From NCBI GenBank assembly GCA_026025795.1, contig JAPEUG010000165.1:1-34793 (forward strand): a DNA stretch of 34,793 bases, read 5' to 3'. Made by a program: the position numbers and the translations under genes. The DNA comes from Thelocarpon superellum (taxonomy: Eukaryota). This document shows, in pieces, positions 10,601-21,836 of this stretch. The stretch's first letter is position 1. Every line of letters begins with the position of its first letter. A model generated the notes under the pieces. That model saw only the letters and a list, made by a program, of their open reading frames with translations. It did not search any database and had not been told where the DNA came from.

Positions 10601-12942
10601 TTACCGTGGAGCATTGGCCGGAAAACACTTGCGTCCGTGAATGTTGACGTGGAACTCCAAGATGCCATCTTCGACACCGATATAGCTAGCTCGTTGTCAG
10701 CCACGATCAGCGCGCTTCCTCACATATGCGAGCAGGTCCTCACAGCTTCCGACCGTCACCACTGACGGCACATCCAGCGGTGCCCAAACCGGCCTCCCCA
10801 TCGGGGCTGATGAGCGCGCTCGTCCCGTACCCTCCCATCCCCTCCACCTCGGCGTAGAGACCTCGCAGGCGCTCGCGTCGCCGCTGCTCGAGCCGGGTGT
10901 AGATTTCTTGCCGTCGCTGGAAGCTCGCTTCCATGCCCTCCTCGCGCTCGCGCGTCCATCGGTTCAGCGGCCCCGACCGCATGGCCGCCTCGATCGTCTG
11001 CCACGGATCCGATGCTCCGTCGCTCGTCGGCACGGGGAGTTGCGCCGGCGGCACCATGCCCGCCGTGGGGTCGGGGAGGTCCCGGACCGCGCTGGTAGAA
11101 GCCAACGCGCTTGGGGACGGGTCGACGACGCCGTGACGTCGCGCGTCATAGGTGCGGGTGCGGGTGCGGTCGCGGTCGCGGTCGCGGTCGCGGTCAGCGT
11201 TGCGAATATACTCTCGCAGCGACGGCACCGCCGGGGGATTCGAGGATCCCCACGAGAGGGGCGACTCCCGGCGGTGGGGTAGCGGCGAGACCGTACTCCG
11301 CAAGTAATTGATACTCACGGGCGGCTGGCCCGTGACAGGAGTGGACGCAGGCACGTGCGCCTGCGCCAGACGCTCGCGCGCCTCCATGCGTTCACGCGAC
11401 GTCCGGAGGGCGTCCAGAATCTGCCGCTCGCGCTCGGTGAACGGCTGGGGAGATTCCTCGCGTGCCTGGCGCTGGAGCCGACGCCGCTCCGTCGACGCCT
11501 CGGCGTAATCGGCGGCAAACGTGGCGGCGGCCGCGTCGTCTTGCGCTGCCAGACTCTGCCGGTATTGCCGCACAAACTCCGGCTCCGGCCCCGTGCGGAG
11601 ACGCGGGTCGATGGAATCCTCCACGCTGACATCCTCCGACATGTCGACCCTCTCCACGCGATCGGGCGCCGTGCTCAGGAGCACGACTTGGCGCGTCGCG
11701 AAGGCATTCCGGACGTCCATGACGCAGATCCGGCCGGACTGCTCGGTGCAGAAGAGCAGGTCCCAGGGATTCGGGGCGAAACACATGCTGCGGATCGACC
11801 CGGGCTCCGTGCGGGCGCGCGACGACGGCATGATCTTGACGATGGCTTCCTCCTCGTCCTCCTCCACCCGATCGGGTGCGAAGATGGTGATGATGCCATC
11901 CTGCGACGACACCGCACAGAGGTGTCCCGAGGGCGAAAAGGCCGTGGCCGAGCAGCCCTCGGTGAACATGTGGAGTTCATGCGTCGGCGGAAGCGGCACA
12001 TCCGTTCGAACGCCCCAGCGGCCCGACGTACCCGTGCCACCCACGCGCCGGAACCAATACACGACCGAGTCATCACCCACGGCGACCAGCCGATCCCCCA
12101 CCGGCGAGATGGACGCGTGGTTCATGGCAAAGGGAAAGTCGAGCTTGTCCAGCGGACGATCGTGCGTCAGGGAGAAGACGCGAACGGTCTTGTCATTGTT
12201 GGTCAGAACGGCGACCGTTTCATCATCGTCCTGGCCCCGCGACCGATGCAAGGTGACAGAGTTGACGATCATCCGGCCCAGCTGATACGTGTGCAAGCGG
12301 TGGGAGCTTCCATCGCGTGGGCTGCCGTGGCCATGGCGGGCTGGCGGGCTGGCCACGAAGCGCTGCGTCTGCCGTTGCAGCTCCGGCCCGAGATCCAACG
12401 ACAGCAGTGCGTCAACCTCGGCATGGTAGCGGCCGAGCTTCTCCAGCGCGGCATCGTCATCGTCATCAATCCGCATCGTTGCAAATTGTCCGTTGTCCAC
12501 GCCGCCAGCGCAGAGCCAGCCGTGGCCAGCCGCCACGCATCGCGGTTCGAAGGGGAGGGTGGCGATCAGGTCCTGCCGGCGCGTGCGCGTATTGATGCGG
12601 TAGATGTCAGAGTCCGAGGCATAGTAGATGACGTCGGCGCTGGGTGAGGTGATGAGACTCCGGAGTTGCCAATGCCTGCACCTCATCGTTAGATCCATTG
12701 GGCCCGATGCACCGACGGGGGGATCCTACCGGACCGGGATCTTGGCGGGGTAGTGCAGCCGTGGCTCAGGCAAGATGAAGGAGTTGGTCGGCAGGAAGCT
12801 AGTGGACACGATCAGCAGTCAGCAGAGCCTCCATCCTTCCACATCGTGACATTTGGCCCGGGCGGCCCACAGCCAGATGAGGCCAGGCTCGGGTGAGCGC
12901 CAAGCAAGGCGTCGTGACGTACAGATCTTCTTCGACCGTCAT
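10601..12942 (-). CDS. DUF2415-domain WD40-like protein (GID11/Ylr149c-like); exons 12942-12923, 12798-12730, 12675-10744, 10685-10601; ~701 aa
   Basis: Spliced sequence MTVEEDLFLPTNSFILPEPRLHYPAKIPVRHWQLRSLI...; family motifs HWQLRS, IVNSVTLH, NNDKTVRVF, MNHASISP, GSIRSMCFAPNPWDLL; C-terminal GRKLYIGVEDGILEFHVN. All three introns are canonical and in phase. Confidence 0.8.
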
Positions 12943-13564
12943 GATGTCGGAGTGGTGTCCGGGGCAGCAAAGGAGCGTTCTGCGCCCATGGATGTGGGGC
13001 CGCCGGAAGTATTGCAGGCTTCCGATCTCTCCGGATGGGCAATGACGAGTTGCGGGTGACGGCGGGGCTCATGAATGGGGGGCACTCCCCAGGTCTGACG
13101 TCTGTCGCGCATGGCGCCATGGCCCGACTTGCGTGGACGAGAGGCTGGACTGCCGTAGCTAAGGAAGGTGCGCTTTGTCGTGTCCAGAGCCGCCGTACAA
13201 AGCGGTTCGTTCGCTATCCCGTCACGCTCGACGACTCGTACGGTAGACGAGACGAGACGCGATGACAAGAGCGCCCTGCCCGCTTCGAACCCGTTCCATC
13301 ACAATTCCGCCAATTCGATCTCGTTCGCCTAGACCTGCCTCGCCTAAAATTCTTCGGGTCGTTGCCATCATCGTCTCAACCACTGAGCCAAACTTCTCGC
13401 GCGCAACGCCGCAACTTTTCTCTCCAGCTTCTCCAGCATCTCCAGTGATCCATCCACTTCAGTCGTGCGCCGCTTGATTCCTCATTCCTACTCCGTTGGA
13501 AAACCGTCGTCCACTTGGCGCTTCTCGTTTCATCCGTGGCCGTGGTCCGCTGACCTCCGTTAAC

Positions 13565-15767
13565 ATGTTGTCGTCACGCCTGGCTCGATCGGTGGGTCGC
13601 TCCAAATGGCCATCCAGCCACCCGGCCCACGCATCGAGAAGCTGACCGCAAGCATAGCTCCCACGCAACGTCGCCGCCCTTCCCCGATCGTCCCCTCTCC
13701 TTCGCGGTCGTTTGGTGCCATCACTAGCACGATATGAGTCGACGGCAGCATCGGGAGAGGAGAAGGTCAAGGGGCAGGTCATCGGGATTGATCTGGGTAT
13801 GTCTTCCCGTTGGAGCGCCACCATGAACCGCATCGGTCCGCTCACGCAAGCTCACAGGTACGACCAACTCCGCCGTCGCGGTGATGGAAGGGAAGGTACC
13901 GCGGATCATCGAGAACGCCGAAGGTGCACGGACAACCCCTTCCGTCGTGGCCTTTGCCCAAGACGGCGAGCGACTGGTCGGCATCTCGGCCAAGCGCCAG
14001 GCCGTCGTCAACCCCGAAAACACCCTCTTCGCCACGAAGCGGCTCATTGGCCGGAAATTCACGGATCCCGAGTGCCAGCGCGACCTCAAGGAAGTGCCCT
14101 ACAAGATCGTGCAGCACACCAACGGCGACGCCTGGGTTGAGGCCCGCGGGCAGAAGTACTCGCCCTCGCAGATCGGCGGGTTTGTCTTGCAGAAGATGAA
14201 GGAGACGGCCGAGGCCTACCTCAACAAGAACATCAAGAACGGGGTCGTGACCGTGCCGGCCTACTTCAACGACTCGCAACGGCAGGCCACCAAGGATGCC
14301 GGCCAGATCGCCGGCCTGAACGTCTTGCGCGTCGTCAACGAGCCGACCGCTGCGGCCCTGGCGTACGGGCTTGAGAAGGAAGACGATCGGATCATCGCCG
14401 TGTACGATCTGGGAGGCGGCACCTTTGATATCTCCATCCTCGAGATCCAGAAGGGCGTGTTCGAGGTCAAGTCGACCAACGGCGACACCCACTTGGGCGG
14501 CGAAGACTTTGACATTCTGCTCGTGCGCCACTTGGTGCAGCAATTCAAGAAAGAATCCGGCATCGACCTCGCCGGTGACCGCATGGCCATCCAGCGCATC
14601 CGGGAGGCGGCCGAGAAGGCCAAGATCGAGCTCTCGTCGTCGCTGCAGACCGACATCAACCTGCCTTTCATCACCGCCGACGCGTCGGGCCCGAAGCACA
14701 TCAACTCCAAGATCAGCCGGTCGCAGCTCGAGAGCTTGGTCGATCCCCTGATCGGCCGGACCATTGACCCTGTGCGCAAGGCGCTGAAGGACGCCGGCCT
14801 CCAGGCCAAGGATATCCAAGAGGTCATCCTTGTGGGCGGCATGACGCGCATGCCCAAGGTCTCGCAATCCGTCAAGGACATTTTCGGCCGGGACCCGGCC
14901 AAGTCCGTCAACCCGGACGAGGCCGTGGCCATTGGCGCCGCCATCCAGGGTGCCGTCTTGGCGGGTGAGGTCATGGACGTCCTGCTCCTCGACGTCACTC
15001 CGCTGTCGCTCGGGATCGAGACGCTCGGCGGGGTCTTTACGCGTCTGATCAACCGTAACACCACCATCCCGACGAAGAAGTCACAGATCTTCTCGACCGC
15101 GGCCGACTTCCAGACGGCGGTGGAGATCAAGGTCTACCAGGGCGAGCGTGAGCTGGTGCGCGACAACAAGCTCCTCGGCAACTTCCAGCTCGTCGGCATC
15201 CCGCCGGCGCACCGTGGCGTGCCCCAGGTCGAGGTGACCTTTGACATCGACGCCGACTCCATCGTGCACGTGCATGCCAAGGACAAGGCCACGAACAAGG
15301 ACCAGTCCATCACCATCGCCTCGGGCTCGGGACTCTCCGACGCCGAGATCCAGGGCATGGTGGACGACGCCGAGCGATACGGCGAGCAGGATAAGGAGCG
15401 CAAGTCGGCCATCGAGTCGGCCAACCGGGCCGACAGCGTCCTCAACGATACGGAGAAGGCGCTCAAGGACTTCGAGGACCGACTCGACAAGGCCGAGGCC
15501 GACGCCATCCGGGAGAAGATCGCCGCGCTGCGCGAATTTGTATCCAAGAGCCAGGCAGGCGAGGGCACCACCACCGCCGCCGAGCTCAAGGAGAAGACGG
15601 ACGAGCTGCAGGTCGCGAGCCTGAACCTCTTCGACAAGATGCATAAGGCTCGCGCGGACCAGCCCCCGAGCGGCAGCGGCGACGCATCGGGCCAGTCTGG
15701 CGCGGGCGAGACCGGGTCGTCGACGGACGGATCGGCCCCAGGCAGTGAAGGCGAGAAGAAGCCGTAG
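13565..15767 (+). CDS. SSC1: Mitochondrial Hsp70 chaperone; exons 13565-13591, 13658-13796, 13858-15767; ~691 aa
   Basis: Arg/Ser/Leu-rich presequence [17 protein letters not shown]...; [26 protein letters not shown] and [16 protein letters not shown]; DnaK-like; no EEVD or HDEL tail. Confidence 0.96.
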
Positions 15768-15815
15768 TCCGCTCATCTATCCCATACTCCACCTGTCCAC
15801 AACATGCACACATAC

Positions 15816-15820
<5 letters not shown>

Positions 15821-15858
<38 letters not shown>
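15821..15858. repeat. (CT)19 microsatellite in the SSC1 3' region
   Basis: Perfect CT dinucleotide run. Confidence 0.95.
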
Positions 15859-15862
<4 letters not shown>

Positions 15863-16355
15863 ACATGCAGTACGGCAAGACGATTGTCTACTCCGCCCCG
15901 CTCCGCTCTGAATGTAGACCACTGCCCTGATCTCCTTTCCTGTACACTACCGCGCTACTACTCATCCAGCAACGGCGACAGGCGGAGTTGAAGGGTCTTC
16001 GACTCGGCCCCCTTCTCCCAGATGACCCCTCTCGCCTTTTCCTCTCTTCCTCCCTCCCCCTGCGTGTCTTTCGTAAAACTGTATTTAGCTAGGGAGACTG
16101 TGACTGTAGATGAGGCATCGAATGCGAGAAACTCTCTCCTCTCTGAACTTGGCCTCCCATCGCGGACAAGATCGAATTGGCGTGACTCGAAGGTTGTGCA
16201 TGGTGTATGGTGCATTGTAGACTCGGACGTCTATCGTAGTCTGGTCGGTCGTTCTCACTCGCGTCTATGATGTCTATATGGATAGTACAGGTACGCCGTC
16301 GCTAAAATCGAACAAAACCAATGAAAGGAAGGGAAAGGAGGAGGAGAGAGGAGCA

Positions 16356-18235
16356 TCACCAAGTCAAGACCTGGGAAAAGACTTCTGATTTACTATCCTC
16401 CGTCCGCCGCGTATAGGTCATGACCAGCTTGCCGCCCAAGAAGTCAAACGTGGGCTGGACCATGTTGATGCGGGAGAAGGCAGGTACATCAGCAGCGGTG
16501 CGAATCTCGCGGTCGCCCTCTTCCAGTGCGATAATGTACCGCGCGCAGCTCGCCAGGACGTTGGCACCCCACACGCTCTCTTGGCGCGGCGTCTGGTCGA
16601 GGAGGGCGACGGCGGCGCGGCGAAGCTGGGGATCGCGCGCCCGAAAGGCTGTCAGGAAGAGCGGGCGCACGATGCCTGGGTCCATCGAGAACGTGCGTCG
16701 GCCTGGTTTGATTTGGGAGAGCTGCGTGGACGCGCGGACGACCACGCGGGCGAGCGTGACGATCTGGTCAAAGACCGGGAGGAACTCGTCCCAGATCATT
16801 TCGTCCGCCGGCATGGGCCAGTATTGGATCTTGGTGACCAAGCCGTGTATCTGTTGTTGTATTTTGAGTACCAGCGCGCCGTTGAGCTCTTCGGCGCTGA
16901 GGTTTGGACCCATCTTTTCGAGGAAGACTTCGAAGGCCGCAAACCATCGCTCGATCGTGGCGCCGTAGTCGGCCTGAATCATGAAAATGCTGTCCTGGTC
17001 GTCACCAGGCGTGGCGTGGCTGCACCGCTCGACGGCGTGCAGGTAGCGGGTACCGTGGAAGTCGGCATTGTTCCGTGCTTCTTCGATGCTGGAAAACTCC
17101 GATGGGACCTCAGGGCCGAAGCCCGGCTGCGTGTTGGAGGCATGAAGCTGGAAGGTCTCGTAGGGACCATTGGCCATCTGCATGAGTTGCATGTCCAGCC
17201 GTGTGAAGATGACTTCGAGATAGTGACGCGGAAGATAGGCATCCGGGGCCCAAACTAGATTCGCATGGCCGGGGCTTTGATTCTCACCCGCACCCTCACG
17301 CTGACCCTCGGCACGTTCTGCCCGCTCCAGGTCAGCCATCATCTTCACGCCGCCTTTCATGTGCACGATGGCGGAGCCGTATCGGTCCTGTAATGTCTAG
17401 GCCAGGTCAGCACCGTCGCTGTCCAAAAGGATGAGACGACGTCCGAAACGGCAGGACGATTGCTGAGATACCTCAAAGCAGGTGAAGAGAACGCAGGACG
17501 TGAGGGCCACATCGGCTGCCATCTTTCCCCTTCCCGACATGGCCCGGGACAGGCCGCGGATGGACTTGTTGTAATGTTCTAGGGCGAATGCACCGGGGTC
17601 ATGGTCAGCTCCCGGGCCCGGGCCCAGCATCTCAAACCTCTCGTGGCTGGCGCCGACGGCGAGCACGGCGTGGCGGATGATGGGGTCATGATGCGTGGCT
17701 TGGAGCAGCAAGCGACTCCAGAATTCCGACGAAAAGTAGCCCGACAGTTGGGGCACCGTTCGGTCTCGGAAGAAGCGAAAGCAGCGGCGCTCCTGAGGAC
17801 CTCCGGGAATTTCGAGGGAGGGCCCTGGGGCGATGACGAGAGCACGGTGTTGCGTTCCAGCCCCCTGCGGCGGGTGAATGGGCGGGTCAATGGGCGGGCT
17901 GACAAGATAGCCATCGCAGGTCCGGCCGGTGTTCCTGCATCGTGCGCACGCGGGTTTTTCTTCGTCACACTTGACCCGTCGGATCCTGCTTGTCGGATCA
18001 GTCGCAGTCGACGCGGTGCCTATGACGCCAGCAGATCGACAAGCGGTCTGCCGCGTCGGTCATAATGGGAAGGGGGCTTGGCCTATGGTGGATCGGCCAC
18101 CCGCCACCATGTCACATTGACTTACTTGCAGGTGAGGCATCCAGTACGCACCTTGGGCTTGGATGCTCGAAGGCGTCTCGGTCCTTGACTGGGCGTCGAG
18201 GGGCGAGTTTCCGCGGCCGCTGGACTTGGCTGCAT
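16356..18235 (-). CDS. Zn(II)2Cys6 transcription factor with Fungal_trans_2-type C-terminal domain; exons 18235-18126, 17985-17472, 17396-16356; ~554 aa
   Basis: Spliced cluster KVRTGCLTCK|IRRVKCDEEKPACARCRNTGRTCDGY; then FWSRLLLQATHHDPIIRHAVLAVGASHE, ALEHYNKSI, CVLFTCFE and RDPQLRRAAVALL...PRQESVW. Phases are consistent. Confidence 0.92.
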
Positions 18236-20355
18236 CTTGCACGATATGCTTCGTGATCGTGAGCTTTAGCGGGTCGATGAGATTCGCGACAGGGCAGATC
18301 GGATCACTCCATGGCGAGAGCTAGCGTGCCATGAGGCCGCTGTGGGCTGCCAGAGACGCGTCCGGTGTGGGCGGCCGTCCATCTCACAGGACGCCGGCAC
18401 GTCTAAGGCATGGGTACTGACGGCCGCGGCGTCCGTTGCCCCTCCAGGATCTAGCGGGTGCGCCACGCAGCCCTACGCGGGCGCGAGCCGGGGTGCGCGG
18501 CACTGTGCCTGGCGCTTCTCCCAGCCCATTCTCGGCTTCTCGCCCCCATCTCGGCCATGTTGTCAGGATCTGGTCCCTGTGGGTCGGCCCATGCTATTCT
18601 TGTCGCCTCCTCGTCATGTTGAGTAGATCTGGTCGCCGCCGAAGCAGGTAGATTCGTCCGGAGCGCTAGCAGTACCGCCAGGTATTTCCATCACGAGCGG
18701 CTCCTCTCTTTGCAAAAAGTCTACTCCCTTCTCACGTGGAAGTCTTCCCGGCGTATTGGTGATGCTGGTGACTCTGGCGACCAAAAATCGATTGAGTACT
18801 GTGGGCGGGAAGAAGACGGCAACGTCAGGGAGTAATAGATCGCAGATCGACCAAACGACGGAATATCACGCAAGCCTCAAGACTACATCCTTCTTCACCA
18901 ACGCCGCATGTGCCAATGTCAACAACGACCGACGTGTACAGGCTTACCTTCTTGTGTCAGATGCCAGAAAAGTCTCACCAGTATCCGAGAGTTCAAGTCG
19001 AGGGGCACGCACCGTCATGAGCAGCTCTGTTATCCATCGAGCAGTACAACCCTCGGGCAGTGTGAGAAGCGAGAGCCATTTGTCTGGCAGCGGCTTCGCT
19101 TAGCACTTACATTGAGCACAAACGTTGGTGCTGCCCATGCAGATTACTTCACGGGTCGTAGAGTCTTTTTCCAGCTTCGACTTCAAAGATCCCATTCCTA
19201 AGATCACTGGTGTCGCAGTGATGACTGGGCGCTCTCGCACGGCAGACCACAATGCCGAATGACATTAAGATGGTGGTAGTCACGCCAATGCAGGGGAGCA
19301 GCTTGTCGGAGCTCCTGTGCCTTTCGCCGTCAACGGCGCAAAGCCTTACAACGCCTGGGACCGGTGCTATTCTTCTCCCTCTTCTAGACAACGTGCCTCC
19401 CCGCCGGGAGCGTGATTGCTACCCACGCCATCATGCCCTCGCTTGGCCCAAGCTATACCGAGGACTCGCCATCGTCAGAGCGCAAGTGACACGGGCATGT
19501 TACACGAACGGAAAACGCCGGCCAATATGCCCCGTCTCACGACAGACAGGAAAGGCGGGGAAGCCGAGAAACAAGTTTCACCTGCGCCGTTGAGCCGACA
19601 AGTCGAGCCGTTTTCCAGATCATCTCGCTGGTGATGCAGATGGACCTCTCATTTGACATGGCTGCTGGACGAACGGAGAACGCGTGCTCCGGAAAGAACT
19701 CTTGGATGTGACGCTGATCTAGAATTAGAATCGTGGCATCGAGAACAGTTGTGGGAGAAGTGCTGGAGAAGCAGTGAATACAACTTTGGTTTGGATGCTC
19801 GATGTTGTATCGTAGTATGAAGAAACAGATCAGTGGTATATTTCGGAGCCGAATGGACCTGGGAAGGATGCTGTAGAGGTACAAGGGTGTTGCACAGAGC
19901 GACGAGACCAAAGAAAGGAGTTGAAGGAGAACGTACGTGATCAATGGCTTGGCTGGCAGTTCCCTTTTTCCCCGCAAACCATCCTTCCTTCCGCCTTCTC
20001 TACGCAAACCTCTCCCTCCCCTTTCCCATCCGATCCCCCACCAAACTTTCATCCCATCTACCGACCTGTCCGCTGATCCCATTGATCCTAGAGAAAAGCA
20101 CAACACGGTTCACGAAATGCCTCTATATGGGATATGAGAAGCTAATGTTCGCTCCCCTTCAGGATGAACTCGTCGAAAACCATCAACGGCCACAGCGCCG
20201 GTGATGCCGCCGCGCGATGGATGAACGCCGACACACTTAGCGCCAAGCTTGCTATGGCGATGGCAGCATTCATATCTACCACGGGCGCCGCTTCCCGTGC
20301 GCTGGCGGGCATATCATCACTCGGCCAATATTTGAAGCCGAGGTTGCCGCAACAG

Positions 20356-21836
20356 CTATCCCCAACCCAAGTTGCGCGCTTCATGTCTCATGTCATCAAT
20401 GAGCTGCTCATACTTGGTCCCGTTGAGCGGTAACGCGGTGGCTCCATACTGGCACATCACGCCCTCTGGAGTGGCGTGGACCATATCCCAAGCCGGCGTG
20501 TCGGGGAAGTCCTCGGCTCCCGTCATCCAGTGTGTGAAGTCGGCCAATTGAAGACTGGTTGAAGCTTTGTTGAAAAGAAAACTCCCATTGAACCAGAACG
20601 GCCGCCTTTTGGCGTCGGTATGAGCAATGTGCGACGTGCATATGCGATGGCCCTTTTGAATGCCACCACCAACAACCGTCTCCAAAACGCCAATGGCGCC
20701 TCCATAGTCGGCTTCAAAGTGATAAGGCGTCGAGGAGAGTTCGGCTGCGATCCAGTACGTTTCCTTGTCACCTGTCGCGAAGTGGACTCAGGATCATGCT
20801 GACCTCTTGGACAAGACCGTCGCTTACCGTGAACATGCTGCCAAGTCTGCGCGGTCCGAACAACCTCCGTATTCATCCACGCAGCATAGACGAGACTCAT
20901 GAATACCTCCGGTCTCCCTTTATCCAAGCAAACCACTCCAGATTCCATCTCTTGCCAAGCGTTGGCCCTCCAGAATAGACTCCGCTGCAACATCTCACTA
21001 GGCTCCTTCTCCTGCATGAGGCTCCTGAGCCAATCACGGCGGCTTCTGTCGTCTTTAACGAAGGCTCGGTCATGCCAGAAAAGTGTCCCGGTCTCCACCA
21101 AGCCTGGTTGAGTCTCAAAGGTCCGGTCTGGATTTTGCAGGAAGACGACGTCGGCGTCGACGAGCATCACTTTCCGAAAGCGACTTGCGAGCATGGCGAA
21201 AGGTTTCTGGCCCCACCCGGCTGTCTCAAGACCCACCAGGGACCCGTTGAACGAGCGGGAGAGATCGAGCATCTCGATATCGGGACCGAGCTGGAGCAAC
21301 TGATCGCGGCCATCTGGTGACAAGTCCGCGTCTCCCGAATAAGCAATCTGGATCGGGAGAGTGGATTGGAGGACGTTCCGCAGCGAGCGGATCAAATGAG
21401 TGGCAAAGACGACGTTGCCGGTCCCAACAGAGATGACCAAGCCCGTGGTGTCGTGGGCAGATGCCGTGGCAGTTGCTGAGGCTGACCAGGGGAGGAAGAT
21501 CGGTGCCGCTGGCCAGAACCACGGGAAGTCCCTCTCCAAGAGATTGAGAAGCGACGTCCTCGACAGTCGAGTGTCTGCCATGAGCGTCTTGATGTGTGAA
21601 GCGTAGGCTGCAATGCGCTCTCCCATGCTGCCGAATTCAGAGGTGTTGGGCGCGTTGGCGAAGGCGGTCCGCAATCGAGAGGCGCTCACGCCCGGTCGCT
21701 CGAAAGCGTTTGACGGAAGAGAGGACAGCAAGATCCTGCTGTACATCGGCCGGTCCCACGTATACAACCAGATGACAGGGAAGCAGAGCACGAGGACGAC
21801 GTACAGTAGTGGACGTCGTCCCGGCCCTGTCCACAT
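20356..21836 (-). CDS. Alpha-1,3-mannosyltransferase, GT71 (MNN1/MNT family, Mannosyl_trans3); exons 21836-20828, 20771-20356; ~474 aa
   Basis: N-terminal type II TM anchor; SLRNVLQSTLPIQIAY, KPFAMLASRF, DADVVF (DxD), GTLFWHDR, EMESGVV, HG|DKETYW across the intron, PFWFNGS. Confidence 0.9.

Noticed and set aside
11355..12647. 430-aa plus-strand ORF, and similar antisense ORFs over PNS1, SSC1, SNU71 and NMO
   Set aside because: Antisense shadows of GC3-biased real genes.
12943..13564. Heat-shock element in the SSC1 promoter
   Set aside because: No clear array of three alternating nGAAn units found.
19217..19300. GTGATGA C-box-like motif (C/D snoRNA)
   Set aside because: No properly spaced CTGA D box or terminal stem.
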